A DNA stretch of 64,000 bases. It comes from Folioceros fuciformis (lineage: Eukaryota). Of this stretch, positions 1 through 11,186 are shown piece after piece. The stretch is taken from NCBI GenBank assembly GCA_049999805.1, contig JBNGIO010006281.1:108687-172686 (forward strand), written 5' to 3'. Within the stretch, counting starts at the first letter, position 1. Every line of letters begins with the position of its first letter. The translations under genes and the position numbers were made by a program. Under the pieces are notes generated by a model. It ran no database searches. It worked only from the letters and a program-made list of their open reading frames with translations, and had not been told where the DNA came from.

Positions 1-500
1 GGAAGGAACGAAGGGAGGGAGGAAGGAAGGAAGGACGGAGAGAAAACGTTGCAAACGAATTGCCCGGCTGGGTGCCTGGCAAGTGAGAATGCGTGGCGCT
101 TCGCTTGCTTTCTGTTCCTTCCGAGCTCGAGCACACCCCTTGCAGTGGTGGCTGCAGCGGCAGCCTGGGCATAAAGGCGAGGGAGACGACAGAGGATCCG
201 GACTAGGACTGGGAGCAGAGAGGTGAGATGGTCACGTCTTAACTGCTGGCCATGGCCAATACCTCACAGGCCACGCGGTAAGGCTAGGACTAAAGCTCAT
301 GAGTACACTGGTGATGCGCATTTACTCGCGCGCCGCGGCCTAGGGCCTGGGACCTGGGACCTGGGACCGGAGCCTGGACCTGCGCCTGCACCTGGTCTTG
401 ACAGAAGGGGACAATCATTTCTCGCCCGCTCGCAGCACTGGTCCAACTACTCCAGCTGCTCCCGCGCGCGCTTGCTTCTCTGCCACTCTTTATATCGCCC
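1..500 (-). promoter_or_regulatory. Possible promoter and 5' UTR of a minus-strand gene lying left of the window
   Basis: Minus-strand TATAAA at ~489-494 and a minus-strand pyrimidine-rich tract at 1-45. Confidence 0.25.
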
Positions 501-1642
501 GGCAGGATCAGGCCCGGTCCTACATTATAATTTATCTTGTCCAGATGCGGAGGTGGAGCTCCAACCTTCCGACACCCAATTGCAAGGTCACAACCTCCAC
601 TTCCTCTCTACACACGGCTGCGATGGCTCGACCTCGCTGCCTGGATTCTCTCTCCATGCCCGTCATTACATTGCATGCGGCATGCGGCCCGGTGTGTATG
701 CCCAACCTTTGCGTGTCCAGTGGACATACGTGTATCCACAGACTGTAAAAACATATTCAGTCTCCCCTCCGAGCCCCACATCCGCACACAACATCCGTTT
801 GTCAGACTCCTACTCGGACTCCGGGTCCCTGAGGAAGCTCGGACATGATCCTGCGCATGCTTTCTATATGTGTTGCGGGCTACGCAAAACCCGCTCCTCT
901 GCTGCACAAACATCTCCAGTTCCAGCTCTACCTCCAGCTCCAGCTACCCCGCCGCCGTCCCCTGTCTTCCCTACGGACACACCAAGTCTCCAACGCTCCT
1001 TTTTGCGGGAACCGCCGACCCCGCTGACTGCCGCCAAAGGCATGTCACCCATTCAAAACGCCCGGGACCGGGCCCCGCCCAATACTAAATGTATGCCCGT
1101 ATTACGTGCAGTCCAATAACTTCTGTTCGTTCCTCTCCACATATTATACAAGACATAAATGATGGACCAGTTTTGATTCGCCGCTGTCCCGGAGGTATGG
1201 AACTCCTATCAAAGCTTCAATCATATTTTAATAATTGAAGTCACTAGTGTCTATCGCAAGCACCCAGAACTATCCATGGAAAACGGTTGCTCAAGCTGCC
1301 AATCGTCACTTCCCACGCATCATATGTTTGAATGAAAACATTCATATTTACGAACATGTTTGTTAATTGATGTCTTGAACACAATCTCATAAATGGAATC
1401 TAACAATCTTGGCACGTGTTCATTGACTCAAAATGTTTGAAGTGCCTCCTTTTATTGGTCCACCTCCATGATATATTGATATTTATGAGAAGAGAAAAAG
1501 AGATCATAGATTATAATATTTCATGTCAATTGCTTTAAAACATAAAACAAAATCTATGCAATCCAGATATGGTACAAAGTTGGAACCAAACTACACCAGT
1601 AGTACACCAACCACAACACAGTGAGTCATTAACACATTAGTC

Positions 1643-4600
1643 TTATTATTTTCTTTGATTGAAAAAGAGATAGAAAGTCCCGTCTACTCCAAAGATAGGA
1701 AGAACACCCTAAGTAGGGGCAAGGCCAAAAATCGTAATAGTCCCTTCGAACATCATTCTCAAAAACTACCTATTGCTCCAAAAATGTCATGATGTGGAAT
1801 AACAAAAGGCCTACTTACCACCAATGCCAAGGAAGCCACCTGACCTGCGCTTGTTGCTGTTCTAAAAACCGTGTAGGCTAATGCTCTTTGCAAAGCAATG
1901 GATATGCGTTGCCGAAAGAAGGCCGCCATAGAGGAAAGAGGAAGAACACAATTCCTATTACTTTGATAAACCTTTGCGCACTTCTTTATGAATCGTAGAA
2001 ACTCCTTGCCCATGGCCCCATGAGTCTTAAGAGCAAGGGGGATGAAAATATGCCTATCTTGCAAGGGGCAATACTTATGGACTTTAGAGCTTGCACAACC
2101 CTCCACCGCCCATCCTGGAGGGTTGATGACAACATGCTCACAAATCGATTTCCTAGTCAGATTCGTAACAACCATATCAATGATAAAAACATGTTTGCCG
2201 AGTGAAAACAACATTGGTTCTAAATGAAACCTTGTCGTGCAAAGTATATAGATGCTCCCTATGTGGAAGAAACCGACATTCTCTAACCATTGAGAACATG
2301 ACATTCCGAACTGCATTATGGGTGGTAATGAAATGCCCTCGGAATGGGATAATGTGCCAGATGGTACCCTGTGTCGACAATGACAACCCCACAACTATAT
2401 GTGGAGAGAGAAAAAGCCAAGGGGTGGGCTAAACCTAAGCGAAATCTCATCGAGGTGGCGAAAGCTGCTAGTGCGATTCGAAACGCCTGAAAACAAGGTT
2501 GAGCCAAAAGCTAAGAGCCCGCTCCTTTACCTGAACAAGAGGGAATACAAGCTTGAGAAGACTTAGGGATGACTAAGTCCAAAAGAAGGGCTCTTAGTGC
2601 TTGGCCACAATGCTTTTGCAAGAGGGAGACTTGAAGACCCCTCAGCCCTTTCCTAGAAAAGGATGCGAAAGGTGGTAGAGCCTCATGACCCTCCAAAGGT
2701 AAAGAAAGTCCTTCGCTTGTCCAAAAAATACCTGTAAAGCGAAAACGCTCTTCTCAATGCTTCAGATAAAACCTTCAAGAAGAGAGGAATCTTGCAGCAA
2801 AAAACGAGAGGCCGAAATTGGAGCTCAGCTACTAAGGAAGGCAGTTGGGGCAAAGGCCTCCATGGCCAAAAGACCAATCACCCCCAAAGGTGACTAGTAG
2901 GGAAGCCTGCTTTCGAGCCAAATCAATGACGGCACACTCGAAGGTGCCGTGACCTATGATGTCCCCAAGAGCCTTCATAACTTGATTATTAAACTTCCTA
3001 AGACTTGATATAAAAATTAGAGAAGGCGAAATAGATCTAGCAAGCTAACTTGGTCACTTCACAAAACAAGAAGAAAGAATATCAAATATAGTATGAGGAT
3101 CACCGATTAGAGAGAGGACCATGATGTGAGCCAAATCTTCATCCAACATTGCATCCACAAACCTATAAACAAAATCAAGAGGTCCTACAAGAACGCCCAA
3201 GACTCAAAGTTCCTGCAAGGCAACAATATCCCCCCCCCCCCCTTACATATTAAAGGTGGGGGGTGAGAATATCTAAAGAGGACCAAACCTTGCATTTAGA
3301 CAACTTACCCCCTTGCCTTATGTCCCTCACTGAATAAAAAACTAAGTCCCTCAATAGTCGGGCCATGTTAGTAGTAGAGCTTGGATGACGAGCTATAGGA
3401 GGAGCAAACAAAAAGGATGAGACGAGCTAATTGACCTCTTGTACTTTTGAGCTTCAAGAAGATGGCGACCATGGAGACGATGTTGAAAGCATTTTGGATA
3501 TCAACTTGCAAAGCCATTCAATAACGATGTAACTTGAGGGCCTCCTAGATGCCAAGGGCAATAGATGCACACTCACCTTAGGTAGCAATCTCAAGTTGGA
3601 GGAGTGCAAGATACGATTAGAAGTGCTGCTGAAGTTGAATTGCAATACTTCGGCAGATGAGGTGTAGAACCACCTCTCCCATAGCAATAGGATGCACTCA
3701 TGAGGTGGGTTTTTCCAACGCTAGGAGTCTATTAGTAGCCAAAACATGAGAGATTCAATTGGGAACTTTGCCCCTAGCTAGTGTAAAAAGCTTGAAACAC
3801 CCACTTGAAGGATCCTCAAGAGAAAAATAATCTTTAAAATGGTTATAAATTATGCCAGAAAAACCCCTTGAGGAAAGCTACAATGCAATACATAGTGCAT
3901 GACCAAAAAAAACCTTATCCCGACAAAAATGCTCCTCAACCATGTGGTCGAGAAGATGTTGCAGTACAATGTGATGAGGTTCTGGGTGAAGGGCGGAAAG
4001 TGCAGCAATGGTGTCCTTAATTGTAGATGTTGCTAGCTTTAGATGTAGTGCCCTAGTAGTCTGAGCATATTCACCATCCCTACCCAACATGAGACACCGC
4101 TTGAAACATGCTTTAAATGGATCATTGCAAACCTTGTCGACCTTAGTTGACACCAAATAAGACTTTGCTACTAGTAGATTTTCCTCTTGAAGCGCTTGCC
4201 AATCTCCAAACTGGAAACAACAAAGTTGAGAGGCCACCTGGGTGGTCATAGGGGTTAGGTCATAGAGAGGCCTCTCTATGACCTAAAGGACCTCCTCTAG
4301 AGCGCTGAAGGCACTATATAGGGAGGAAAAAGGAATAAAATCTAAGAGATAGATGTCGGAAGAGGTAAGGACGCAGAAAACGAGTATGGAAAAGAGCCAA
4401 CAAGTTATTTGATTGTCTTAGAACCTAGCCTCTAGGGGCAACTCTAGAGGATCTGTTGGAAGAGGATTGGCAGCTACTTCGGAAAAAGAAGCAAATTGCA
4501 CTTGTGCCACTTAAGTGGTCTTGTTGAAGTCCTTATGCTTATGACGAATATGGCATTTCATCGCCTTGACCTCGGAACAAAGTTGAGAGCACACTGGACA

Positions 4601-4670
4601 AAAGGGATTCCTTATAGGTAAAGGCTAGATGTCACACACTTAAATGATAGAGGTATGAAGAAAGTATCAT
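1643..4670 (-). mobile_element. Decayed non-LTR retrotransposon with restriction-like endonuclease (CRE-like clade), near full length, many stops and frameshifts
   Basis: Minus strand, in order: C2H2 finger CPVC-x12-H-x4-H (~4520-4600); pre-RT block GDWQAL...GEY...AL...LSALHP (ORF 3878-4249); RT motif PIAMGEV (~3660-3700); Cys/His knuckle remnant SCG...GYH (~2350-2400); REL domain IIDMVVT...KVHKY...FIPLALKTHG...FFRQRISIALQRA (ORF 1759-2394). Boundaries approximate. Confidence 0.8.
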
Positions 4671-4696
4671 AAAACGATATTGGGACATTGCAAAAC

Positions 4697-4746
<50 letters not shown>

Positions 4747-4773
4747 AATACTAATAATACTAATAATAATAAT
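4697..4773. repeat. (AAT)n/(AATACT) microsatellite
   Basis: Directly visible run of about 25 trinucleotide units with a few ACT variants. Confidence 0.97.
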
Positions 4774-4917
4774 CCGTGAGAAACCCCTAAAAAAGCCTTA
4801 TAACGTGGATCGATAGTTAATGAAGTTCCAGAAATGTAAAAAACCATAACATAGTTCATACTCCTCATTCTAATCCGTGACCCTATGATGCCCTTGGTAT
4901 GCTCCACTGTGCCATTC

Positions 4918-5285
4918 AACCCTCAACCCTTAAACCATTTTTCTCTACGATGCTAATAAACTCCTAAATTGATTCCAATAAACTCCTGAATCGATTTTGC
5001 TCCACAATGCTCATAAAAAGTCTAAAATCATTTTGTTCCACAATGCTCATAAAACCCTAAAACCATTTTGCTCCACCATGCCGCTAAACTCTAAACTCAT
5101 TGTGCTCCACGGTACCACCTAAACCCTAAACTCATTGTGCTTCACGGTGCCACTAAACCCTAAACTCATTCTGCTCCACCATGCTCCTAAACCCTAACCC
5201 CTAATCCCATTCTTCTTAGCTATGCCCCTAAATCCTAACCCTATTCACTTCCGCCATGCCCCTAAATCCTAAACCCATTCGTGCA
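4918..5285 (+). repeat. ~35-bp minisatellite built on the plant telomere motif
   Basis: About 10 degenerate copies of TAAACCCTAAACTCATTGTGCTCCACCATGCC-like units. Confidence 0.85.
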
Positions 5286-8200
5286 CAACATTCAACATGC
5301 CATTTACACATCATATTATTCTATATTGCCAACATAGTTTTTACTAATCAAGGACATCGTATTTCTATGATGATTACTTCACCACTCTCAAGCTTGCCCC
5401 TTGAAGAGGGCGGGAAAGGGATTTCCTCTTGCATGTCGTTTCAGATCATGGATTTGGTCCTCGTGAGAGGGAAATTTCTTAATAATTTTGGACTACAAGG
5501 GTCTATTTGATGCTATACTGAAGTATAAAATATCTTGAGGAATCGAAAAAAAAACAACTTCAAGTCTATAACTAAAAATTATTTGCCGAGGTCTGTCATG
5601 GCTCCTCTTTGTCTGCACGCAGCTAGCAGTGGACTAGGAACGGTGTAGAAGAAAATCTTTGGCCAGAGTCGTGACGCGCGTCCGTCCCGCTCAACATCTC
5701 TGTACAGTGCCAAGACAACTGCACTGTGGCAAGACAGCTGCACACAAAAAGGCCTGCCGTTTTGTAGAGGCTGTTTTTTGTCCAAACAAACAACCCCTGA
5801 GTCTCCAGCCATCAGAATCTGGCGCGTGGGCTTACACGTACGAGATTGAACGAATCGTAAATTTACACCTGCTTTGTACATATGTACAGATACACATGTT
5901 GACATACACACACCGGGGCCACCGCTGCGTTGAGCTCCAAGTACACGCGTCTCATACATTTTTTTAACCAGCCTCCCCTCCGGAACACTCGCCACCCGCA
6001 CCTGCCGCTGCTGCCATGCCATGCATTAAAATTGCTTAAAGCGTGTTTTTTTTCTCCAGGATATTATACTTATAAACTATGGTAATAAGGTATGTGAACC
6101 GGGTACGATTTTCAAACACCAAGTTGTCGCATAAAGCATCTTCTATTTTTTTTTCAGGAAAGCAGGACGGCTTCCCTGGATCCGGGCTTCATCCTGCTTC
6201 TTTTGTCGTGTATATGAGCTCATCTACCCGCGTCTGGTGCAGGGAAAGGAAGACAACGGGAGGGAACAGGAGGAGAGTACGGGAACCGCCCTGTTCAGCG
6301 CCCACTTTGCATACACACAGTGTCCGCCTTTGGCGAAGGAAGGGAGAAACCTCCCATCCAATCACAAGGGCAGTATGAATCACGGACCATGCACACGACG
6401 GGCCGGAGGCACAGTGCCTCCGACTCTGGCTCCTTCTGCCCCTTCCATTGTTTCTCGTGTTCGTGACATTGTGAATTAAACAGTGAGTGTATCCGTACTC
6501 CACAGCCAACAGAAGTGTTTGTTTTCGAGGTCTAATCAGTGAGTTGTGCCCCACAGGTTTGCTAGGTTAGGCAGGCGCACTAGCGCAGGCACGCTCACAG
6601 GCTCAGTTCCAAGGAACTCCAGGCTCATGAGTCATTTTGTGCGTCCATTATGATCATGGAGGCGGCACAAGGCCACAAGGCCAGCGGATCGATCGCCATG
6701 TGCGGAGGGGTCAGTTGAATACAGTGATTGGTTATATGCTTTCATGAGGCTAGGCTATTCGCGCGTGCTGCTCCAGGCCGCACATATGCACATGCTGTAC
6801 CGCAGTCTGTACTGCAAGAAAGTAGGCTAGGTTCTATGGACTTTGTGCACTTGGAGCATGCAGACGCTGGCTGGCGTCTCCCTCTCAATGCTCTCTGCAA
6901 GCCTCCAGCCTCCAACCTCCAGCCTGAGGCGTCCCAACAAGTTGTTCACAAGGCCACGTGAAGTGGCGGTCCAAAGTGTGCAGTGTGCCTGAGACACATA
7001 CTCGGCAGCCCTAGCCTTCCAACAAGGGACTCAAGCCCGGAACCCTCAATCAATGAGGGGTACCCGTACGCACAGAGCGTACTGCAGCCAGCCTTTGATT
7101 CCCTGCCTGGCAGACATGTGATTGCATCCCAAGAAAACAAAAATAAAAAATGCCACCGAAAGAGAAAAGAAACAAAACAGTGGAGAAGTTTACTGAAGTG
7201 ATACACTAAAGACGGGGCATCGATTATAGGCGGGCCCTTCATTGCCCGTCCAAACTTGCAAGGGTCGCCACTGTCCTGGAGACACTGCAGATAGCAAACA
7301 AGCGTATGAACTGTCACAATGAGCGATCCATGGGCGGCCGGGATCCACCGTGTTTGACTTGCCAGGCCTCAATTTACCAACTGGCAAGCTTCGTTGGGTG
7401 TTGTGCCATGTCCATTATGTACATGCCTGTACAGGAATCAATCTCATGTACATGCGGAACAGGTCTGGGCAGTCAACACGTTGAGGAGATCCCTGCAGAT
7501 GGATAATTACTGTACATACTTCATGCACCGGGCGTAAGCATCATATACTTATCATTGATGATGCCGCAACATATGTACATGTTATCCACATTGTTTTTGC
7601 AGTCCATGGCCGTAATCAGTGTGGACGGCCTTCAGGCTAGGTACATACATAATGTGTGCACTGTACAGTGATAGCCGTAATGGGAGGCTTGATTAAAGGT
7701 CCACTAGTAGCGTCCCTTAAACCTCAGATTACGACTGAGGACCTTGAGCTTGGACCTGGAGGCTAAGGGAAGCTGCTGCATAGAGCAGGCTGTCCATGTA
7801 TCTCGCATGCATTTGAGTCCCGTCCATGATTATTACCTGTACTAAGAATTAAATAACAAAGGCTGCAAAACTTCCTTTACAGACATATAGTACATATATT
7901 CAAGATGCATGAAATCCGGACGCGGACTCGGGGTTCCTGTCAACGTGTGTGACTAATGTGGAAAATTGGATTCCGCAGTCGCGTCCCAGAGTAGACTAGT
8001 ACTACTGCCTCTGATGTTGCAGCCTCTGGCTGCACATTGGTTATGCATACAAAGTATACAACACTGCGCAGATCAAATCCCAAGTTGACTGTCTGTCAGC
8101 ACGTGCGAGGCTGGTTGGCCAATCTTTGATCTTTTACTTCTGATAAAGGCCGACATGTGCGTCGGGGGTCGTGGGAAATTACTTAGAGGTAACTTGTCCG

Positions 8201-8816
8201 GCTTCTTATAATCTTGATGTCAAATTTGCGGGTGTCTGGAGACCTAATGAGGAGGCCCATGTTTCACAGGTGTGGTCACAGGACAGCTGGAAGGGATGGC
8301 CGCCAGCTCCAGAGATGACGTACATGGATATGGAGGGAGCTGGCCCAGAGCATCATGTGCCTGAGCTTGCAGGTTGCACGTACTGTACATGAGGATTCCC
8401 AATATCGGAGGCGTCCACGCTTGCGGTGAACTCTTCCTTCTCGGACCGGATATCCCTTAGTGGGGTTTGGGAATCGTCCGGCTGCCGGCCTGGGACAGTT
8501 AAACAAACTTAGCGCTCATCGAGCCTCCTCCTACTTAAGCATTGTGCTGTACGCACCTGCCTACTTTTGGCCACGGGAAAATTATTTTTCCTAGCATTCA
8601 TAAATTTGTGTCGTCCCTCGTGTCCCCGTCGGTAGTTTGACGTTTGAATCTGTTTCCATGGTTGGTATAAGGTGCCGTTGGCATTCCTGTGACGTCACGA
8701 GGTAATTGTGTGACAGAGTGCCTATGGGCCCAGTACTGGAGAAGCTTCCTTGGGATCCGTTCTCAGGTGCTTTCACGAAATTCATATCCTAAGATATGAA
8801 TTTTTGGCCCCCCCCC

Positions 8817-8916
8817 NNNNNNNNNNNNNNNNNNNNNNNNNNNNNNNNNNNNNNNNNNNNNNNNNNNNNNNNNNNNNNNNNNNNNNNNNNNNNNNNNNNN
8901 NNNNNNNNNNNNNNNN
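8817..8916. other. Assembly gap (100 N)
   Basis: N run. Other gaps at 34978-35077, 41590-41599, 44235-44353 and 60328-60427. Confidence 1.
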
Positions 8917-11186
8917 ACAGTGTCTTGAGAATAAATGTACACACTTTCACTCTGCTAGGCAGCATAAGGCTGAAACGGTTACTGTGTAGTGCCGCACTTG
9001 AAGCGTTACAATGGAGTTTATCTATACAACTCCAACGTTAACGCTCGGATTGATGGGTGCCGCTTAGGCTTGTGCTTTCGGGGGCCGGGCCCAGGCCCAG
9101 GTCCCGGCTCTCATCAAACTTCCCACATACGTACCGCACGCTGCCCGGCGAGGGAGATACTGCACCATGACCCCTGGCAGGGAAAGGGATAGGACAGGCT
9201 GCCCGTGTGGCGACAGACACACGCACGCGGGAGTCCGAGGCGCTACTTGCAATCGGACGTGAAGGCTGGGCAGCGTTTCCAGGAATGCTTTTTCCAGAGG
9301 TCTGAGAATCTGAGAAGATACCTCTGACAGACTGATTTCCTGCAGCGAAAAACGACAGCAGAAAGGGGTGCAGGTTGCACCCATGTTGGTACTCCGTGCA
9401 CAGTGCGCCAGCCAAAATAGTACCGTGCAGGGAAACCACAAATCTAGCTCGTTACGTACAGCCATTAATATTACGGTATCAGAGTCTGGATGGATGCATA
9501 TGGGATGGGTGGATGGCGCTGTGCTGGCGCTGCACCTCCGCAATCGCCACGTGAGCTGCCATCCAATTATACCCTCCCGTCAGGGTTGGCGCTCACCGTT
9601 GCTTTTAGGCTGCGCACCAGTCCGCAGCCCGAGCATTATGCAGCATTGCAGGCTAGGGGATCGGTGCCTGCCATGCAGCGTGCCGACGTCCCGGTACAAT
9701 ATTTGTCCTGGCTCCAGCTGCCCTCGTTTCTTATCACAGTCTCGCTCCTGTGCGCGAGTAATTGCCACGAGGACTGGTGACGGCTAGCCGAGGCTGAGCA
9801 ATGCATGCATCCATTGGCAAGCATGGGCGTGTACACTGGACATGTGTGGCAGCCAGTGTCGACATTAGCAGATCTGATTGTCAACACAAAGCTTGACTTG
9901 CAAACCTCCCCTCCCGACGTGGGCGGGTGGCAGTCCGCTAACCCGGTGAGTCTGAGTCTGACCTTTCCTCCTGCAAATCTCAATCCGGGGCAAATGTCAA
10001 AGCTATAAAATCGTGTCTGCACTACTAGTGCTTGTCTTCATCTGCCTAGAGCCGACATGTTGGTGACTCATGGACTCAAGGAGTCTGGTCTGCAGGCCTG
10101 GGGATCGCGCTGCGTGCATTGTCCACCCTAGCGGCTAACATGACTGCACTGATCTGGAAAGAACGCACACTGCACATATCGATGTCTCCTTCACCCCTTG
10201 CGCGTCCATGCGGCCGGAGTGTACCCTACACCGAAAATAGCAGTCCGTGAAATCTCGTTACAGAGGAAACGTGCATTGTTGAGTAGATTCCTAGAGAACC
10301 AGCTATCCGTGACTCACAGCGGCACAACGTGCAATGCTTGCTCGGCATTTCGTCCTCCCATCTCACTACAGATACACATGTACACCCCCATGCACGTAGG
10401 CGCATGTCGTTTCTCAATTTCAAACCATTACACTAAATAATGCATTAAACAATGGCATCGTACTTTCTCCTTTGTCCACGCAACGTTAGGGCCGTCCGCT
10501 GCCCAAAGTCCTACTCATGCACGCTACGGCCGTACCTCTGCCGACTGCTACACCAGGATGGACAAAACGAAAATGTAGTTCCCAACATGTGTACGCATCT
10601 TGTGAACAACCAACAGGTGGCTCATCTGCTTTCTACCACCTTATTTGCAGTTGCGATCTTGCAGCAGATCAAGCGACTGTACTCAGAACCCGCCTTGCTT
10701 TGTCAAGGTCCGATGAGTGCAAACAATAAATGCAAGCCCATGAACACGTTCTGAGATTCCTAACCATCTGTACTACGGCTTTCGTGTTGTTGGGGGGCGC
10801 AAGAACCTGCCAATTCAATGCGCCGCTGATCAGCCAGCAACTCACATCATCCCAATACTTCAAACTACGCACACACACATACCAGAAGAAGAAAACTGTC
10901 ACAGCGTTCTGTGCACAGTTGTTGCATTAAACCACAAGTAATCAACAACCCCCGCTCATCTGGTATGTGCTCATTTCTTGCCATCACCACGTCACATGTA
11001 CACATGTATTCCCTGACAGGAACAGAAAATAAAAGGTTTACGGTCAAATGCTTAACCAGGTCAACAGACTGGCATCCGCCAGGATCACTAGTGAGTACAA
11101 AAGGGGTCCCTTACCTACCATACAGTCAGGTGTCCGATTATTTGACACTAAAATCATGAACTCCTCCTCAAGAGCAATTGCTACTG

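Noticed and set aside
223-1119. 298-aa plus-strand ORF
   Set aside because: Starts at GTG, has low-complexity GP/PA repeats from short DNA repeats and no recognisable domain.
4632-4919. ORF with poly-Leu resembling a TM segment
   Set aside because: It is the translation of the (AAT)n microsatellite.
4918-5285. Repeat-spacer appearance suggesting CRISPR (also 55366-56045)
   Set aside because: The spacers are homologous to each other, the context is eukaryotic and there are no cas genes; these are minisatellites.
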